This document shows, one piece after another, positions 58,683-64,000 of a stretch of DNA of 64,000 nucleotides. Position 1 is the first letter of the stretch; every line of letters starts with the position of its first letter. Position numbers and translations under genes: made by a program. The notes below the pieces were generated by a model. That model saw only the letters and a program-made list of their open reading frames with translations. It had not been told where the DNA came from and did not search any database. This DNA is from Octopus vulgaris (taxonomy: Eukaryota): positions 8,246,001-8,310,000 of the forward strand of contig OX597836.1 of NCBI GenBank assembly GCA_951406725.2. The letters are read 5' to 3'.

Positions 58683-58839
58683 ATATTACTCCTTTTATTA
58701 TGGAAGGCAATATCAATTGTTAATAACAACGATCTTAATATAGGTGGTTGCAGGCCTAAAATAGCATTATAAAGCTATTGATTTGAATGAGGGGTTTTAA
58801 CTCTTGTTTCTAGCAGGCTGACGCATCCGTGTGTCCTCA

Positions 58840-58887
<48 letters not shown>

Positions 58888-58888
58888 G

Positions 58889-59045
58889 GGACGGGCTTCT
58901 TTCAGTTTCCATCTACGAAATCAACCACCTACAAAACTTTGGTAGGACCGGAACTGTAGAAAAAGAGAATTGTCGAAGGTGCCACGCAGTGGGACTGAAC
59001 ACGGAACTGTGTAGTTAAGAAGCAAGCTTCTCATCACACAGCCTC
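58889..59045 (-). mobile_element. SINE family A, 5' half
   Basis: gacgggcttc.ttcagtttcc...ggtgccacgcagtgggactgaac. Confidence 0.8.
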
Positions 59046-59121
59046 ATACATACATACATACATACATACATACATACATACATACATACATACATACATA
59101 CATACATACATAGGTGCACTG

Positions 59122-59516
59122 GGCGCAGGAGTGGCTGTGTGGTAAGTAGCTTGCTTACCAACCATATGATTCCGGGTTCAGTCCCACTGCGTGGCACCTT
59201 GGGCAAGTGTCTTCTTCTATAGCCTCGGTCCGACCAAAATCTTGTGAGTGGATTTGGTAGACGGAGACTGAAAAGAAGCCCGTCGTATATATGTATATAT
59301 ATATATATATATGCTTGTGTGTCTGTGTTTGTCCCCCCCACCAACATCGCTTGATGACCGATGCTGGCGTGTTTACGTCCCCGTAAGAGACCGATAGAAT
59401 AAGTACTAGGCTCACAAAGAATAAGTCCTGGGGTCGATTTGCTCGACTAAAGGCGGTGCTCAAGCATGGCCACAGTCAAATGACTGAAACAAATAAAAGA
59501 GTAAAGAGTAAAAGAG
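59122..59516 (+). mobile_element. SINE family A, full length (small internal deletion)
   Basis: Reference copy for this family; A and B boxes present. Confidence 0.93.
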
Positions 59517-59562
59517 ATATATCTATATATATACATACGTATAGATATACATACATACATAC

Positions 59563-59622
<60 letters not shown>

Positions 59623-59779
59623 TATATTGCGCACTTCCATAAACCCGCTGACAGACCTATGGAGAGCTGCTAGAACACACAGACACATAATTGCACATTT
59701 GTGCGAACACACAGACACAAACAACAAGCACCTGCGCTTTTTCCCATTCCCCCTCTCACTCTCACTCCCTCTCCTTCCG

Positions 59780-59827
<48 letters not shown>

Positions 59828-59998
59828 CGCATACACACACATATACACGCACATGCGCGTGCAGATGCACTTAGAATGACATACTGACATACATATCGGT
59901 ATAGCTAAACCCAACAGAGAGTGACACACTGACACACATAAGTACATGGGCATAAGTAAACATGTGTACGTGTTTGTTTGTGTGTGTGCGCGTGCGTG

Positions 59999-60062
<64 letters not shown>

Positions 60063-60144
60063 TGTGTGTGTTTGTGTGTGTATTTAAAAACATACAAACA
60101 TAAATGCTCATATATTCACACATATATATATGTATGTGTGCCTG

Positions 60145-60428
60145 AATGTATGTATGTATGAATGTGTGTATGTATGTGTGTATGTATGTGTGTATGTATG
60201 TGTGTATGTATGTATGTATGTATGTATGTATGTATGAATGTATGTATGTATGTATGTGTGTATGTATGTATGTATGTATGTATGTGTGTATGTATGTATG
60301 TGTGTATGTATGTATGTATGTATGTATGTATGTATGTATGTATGTATGTATGCATGCATGTATGTATGTATGTGTGTGTGTGTGTCTGTATGTCTGTATG
60401 TATGTATGTATGTATGTATGTAAGTATG

Positions 60429-60459
<31 letters not shown>

Positions 60460-60838
60460 GTATGTATGTATGTGTGTATGTGTGTATGTATGTGTGTATG
60501 TATGTATGTATGTATGTATGTATGTATGTGTGTGTGTATGTGTGTATGTATGTGTGTATGTATGTATGTATGTATGTATGTGTGTATGTGTGTATGTATG
60601 TATGTATGTATGTATGTATGTATGTATGTATGTATGTGTGTATGTGTGTATGTATGTGTGTATGTATGTATGTATGTATGTATGTATGTATGTATGTATG
60701 TATGTATGTATGTATGTATGTATGTATGTATGTATGTATGTATGTATGTATATATGAATGTATGTATGTAAGTATGTATGTATGTATGTATGTATGTATG
60801 TATGTATATATGAATGTATGTATATATGTATGCATGTA
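60145..60838 (+). repeat. (TATG)n tetranucleotide array
   Basis: About 700 bp imperfect array. Similar arrays at 24685-25020, 25231-25575, 40795-41243 and 43075-43590. Confidence 0.97.
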
Positions 60839-61667
60839 TCTCTGTATTAACACGCAGTAAACCGGAAGTCCCTTTAGCATCGAAACAGGCAAATGAAAAC
60901 TAATTTCTTTATTTTAATTTTGTTTTTCAGTTTGTTTTGTCATTATTTTAGTACACATTATTTTCCCCGGTTTCTTTTGATTCTATACAGACATGTACGT
61001 ACACACGTACGCACGTATGTATGTATGTATGTACGCACGTATGTATGTATGTATGTACGTACGTATGTATGTATGTATGAATGTATGTATGTATGTATGT
61101 ATGTATGAATGTATGTATGTATGTATGTATGCCTATATGTATGTATGTATATATGCATGTATGTATGTATGTATGTATGTATTTATTTATTTATGTATGT
61201 ATGCCTATATGTATGTATGTATGTATGTGTGTATGTATATATGTATGTGTGTATGTGCGTGTGTATGTTTGTATGTATGTATATATGAATTTATGATTGT
61301 ATGTATACACACACATGTGTATGTGTGTGTTTATCTATTTATGCATGTACGTATGTTTCTCTCTATGTATGTATTTATGTATGTTTGTATGTGTGTATAT
61401 ATGAATTTATGTATGTAAGTATTTATATATGTATGTTTGTATGCAAGTATATATGAATTTATGCGTGTATGTATACACACACTCATATGCTCACATACAG
61501 ACATGGCTTGGGCCAATAATGGCCGAAACCTATCAAAGTAAGTATCATATGTAATATATGTGTGCATATTTAAGAAATGCACACACACACATATGTATGT
61601 ATATGTATATATATATAAGGATGTATGTATGTCTATATGTATATATATATAAGGATGTATGTATGTC

Positions 61668-61720
<53 letters not shown>

Positions 61721-61805
61721 GTATATATATGTGTGTATATGGATGGATGTATGTATATATAAATATGTAACTACATATATATACATATATGTATGTATAT
61801 ATGTA

Positions 61806-61872
<67 letters not shown>

Positions 61873-62061
61873 ATATGTATATATATATGTATATGTATAT
61901 ATGTTAGAAGTATTGGGTTTTCTTTCATATGTATATATGTATATGCATATATATATGTATACATATACATATATACATACATATATACATACATATATAT
62001 ATATATGTGTGTGTGTATGTATATATATATGTATATATATAGAGAGAGAGGTGGGGATGAG

Positions 62062-62252
62062 AGAATGGCCCAAAAGTAGGTTTACAGTTATCACGTTGGC
62101 ACTTTTAAATTCTTCTAAAGATATTTTATCACATTTAATTTCCTATCTTACAATTAACTAAATTAGCAAAGAATAATGGTTTCATATTTTTATTTATAAT
62201 TAAGATCTAAACTGTTAATATATGAATGCGAAAGAGATAATTGAACAGCCTG

Positions 62253-62253
<1 letters not shown>
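62062..62253 (+). mobile_element. Tc1/mariner-type MITE, second copy
   Basis: tggcccaaaagtaggtttacagtt...gaatgcgaaagagataattgaacagcctg|ta; inverse of 16183-16375. Confidence 0.7.
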
Positions 62254-62289
<36 letters not shown>

Positions 62290-62298
62290 ACACACACT

Positions 62299-62333
<35 letters not shown>

Positions 62334-62334
<1 letters not shown>

Positions 62335-62562
62335 TCTTTACTACCCACAAGGGGCTAAACATAGAGGGGACAAACAAGGACTGACAAATGGATTAAGTCT
62401 ATTACATCGACCCCAGTGCGTAACTGGTACTTAATTTATCGACCCCGAAAGGATGAAAGGCAAAGTCGACCTCGGCGGAATTTGAACTCAGAATGTAGCG
62501 GCAGACGAAATACCGCTAAGCATTTCGTCCGGCGCGATAACGTTTCTGCCAGCTCGCCGCCT
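62334..62562 (-). mobile_element. SINE family B, full length
   Basis: Complete head-to-tail reverse-complement match. Confidence 0.93.
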
Positions 62563-62571
62563 TATATAGTC

Positions 62572-62748
62572 TTATAAGTCCCGGGGTCGAGTTGTCGATT
62601 AAAAGGCGGTGCTCCAGCATGGCCGCAGTCAAATGACTGAAACAAATAAAAGAGTAAAGAGTAAAGAGTATATGTCGATTAAAAGGCGGTGCTCCAGCAT
62701 GGCCGCAGTCAAATGACTGAAACAAATAAAAGAGTAAAGAGTAAAGAG

Positions 62749-62752
<4 letters not shown>
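62572..62752 (+). mobile_element. SINE family A 3' ends, 80 bp tandem duplication
   Basis: 62593-62672 is identical to 62673-62752. Confidence 0.9.
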
Positions 62753-62782
<30 letters not shown>

Positions 62783-62784
<2 letters not shown>

Positions 62785-63185
62785 CTCTTTACTCTTTACT
62801 CTTTTATTTGTTTCAGTCATTTGACTGCGGCCACCGCCTTTTAATCGACAACTCGACCCCGGGACTTATTCTTTTGTAAGCCCAATACTTATTCTATCGG
62901 TCTCTTTTGCCGAACCGCTAAGTAACGGGGACATAAACACACCAGCATCGGTTGTCAAGCAATGCTAGGGGACAAACACAGACACACAAACATACACACG
63001 CATATATATATATATATATATATACATATATACGACGGGCTTCTTTCAGTTTCCGTCTACCAAATCCACTCACAAGTCTTTGGTCGGCCCGAGGCTATAG
63101 TAGAAGACACTTGCCCAGGGTGCCACGCAGTGGGACTGAACCCGGAACCATGTGGTTGGTAGACAAGCTACTTACCACACAGCCA
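62783..63185 (-). mobile_element. SINE family A, near full length
   Basis: Collinear with 57765-58162. Confidence 0.92.
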
Positions 63186-63209
63186 GTATAAATACGTAAA
63201 TTGTTTATA

Positions 63210-63345
<136 letters not shown>

Positions 63346-64000
63346 ATATATGTGTGTACATATATATATATATATAAATGTGTGTGTATACATAATTAAG
63401 GATAAAATCATTATAAAATCAATGTTCTTATCAGTGGCCAGCATACAATAAAAAAAACCATATAGGTAAGAATTAATATAGATATAATTAGAGATATAAT
63501 TATAATTGGAGTCTTATGTATTTTTAGAGTCGTTTGACGTCCATTTCTAGCATGTTGCTACTGTTTCTCTTTACTCTTAATTATAATTATATCTATATAA
63601 ATATCTTTCTGTTTCTACTGACACAATTCTCACCGTAAGACCTTATTAAAAATTTCATGTTGTGTTCACATGGCATGCTGTAAAGGACCTGGTTACAGAT
63701 TAGAAACACATAGGTGCTCTTTTGGTGTGTGATCTACTTTTTAAATTACTTTGGACATACTTAACATTATAAATGTCTTTTTGCAAAAATTTTGTGATTT
63801 TAATAAGAAAACTACATAATAATTAAGACAAGCCCGCAGATCACCCACCAAAGTTCACGCAGATCACACGGAAAATAACACTAACACAAAATAAACTAAA
63901 ATGTAACTAAAGTTATCTCCCTTTAAATTGTAGATCACTCGCCAAAGTGGCACCTTCTTTTTCTAAAGAAATTATATGAATTCGGTGCTGGTTTCTTGTA

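Noticed and set aside
63492-63594. 16 bp inverted repeat AGATATAATTATAATT
   Set aside because: Very AT-rich and partly self-palindromic; no TSD or second copy seen.

Overview
Eukaryotic, AT-rich, intronic or intergenic-type DNA with extreme microsatellite load ((AT)n, (AC)n, (ATAC)n, (ATAG)n, (AAG)n, (AAT)n). The repeat landscape and SINE families point to an octopus (coleoid cephalopod) genome; this is an inference. I can support no intact host protein-coding gene, and almost all of the supplied ORFs are translated microsatellites. The non-simple sequence is mostly transposon debris: more than 30 copies or fragments of four tRNA-headed SINE families (labelled A-D here), fragments of R4/Dong, RTE, L1/Tx1-like, another RLE-type and Penelope-like retroelements, two gag/ORF1-like CCHC ORFs with no adjacent pol, Tc1/mariner remnants and non-autonomous Helitrons. 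The most notable structures are: (i) about 9 dispersed type-I hammerhead-ribozyme-like motifs in two architectures; (ii) a ~618 bp near-perfect foldback at 51412-52029; (iii) a ~98 bp-arm inverted repeat next to a hammerhead motif at 48151-48480; (iv) permuted, mosaic and palindromic SINE arrangements. All coordinates and identities were read by eye and need computational confirmation.
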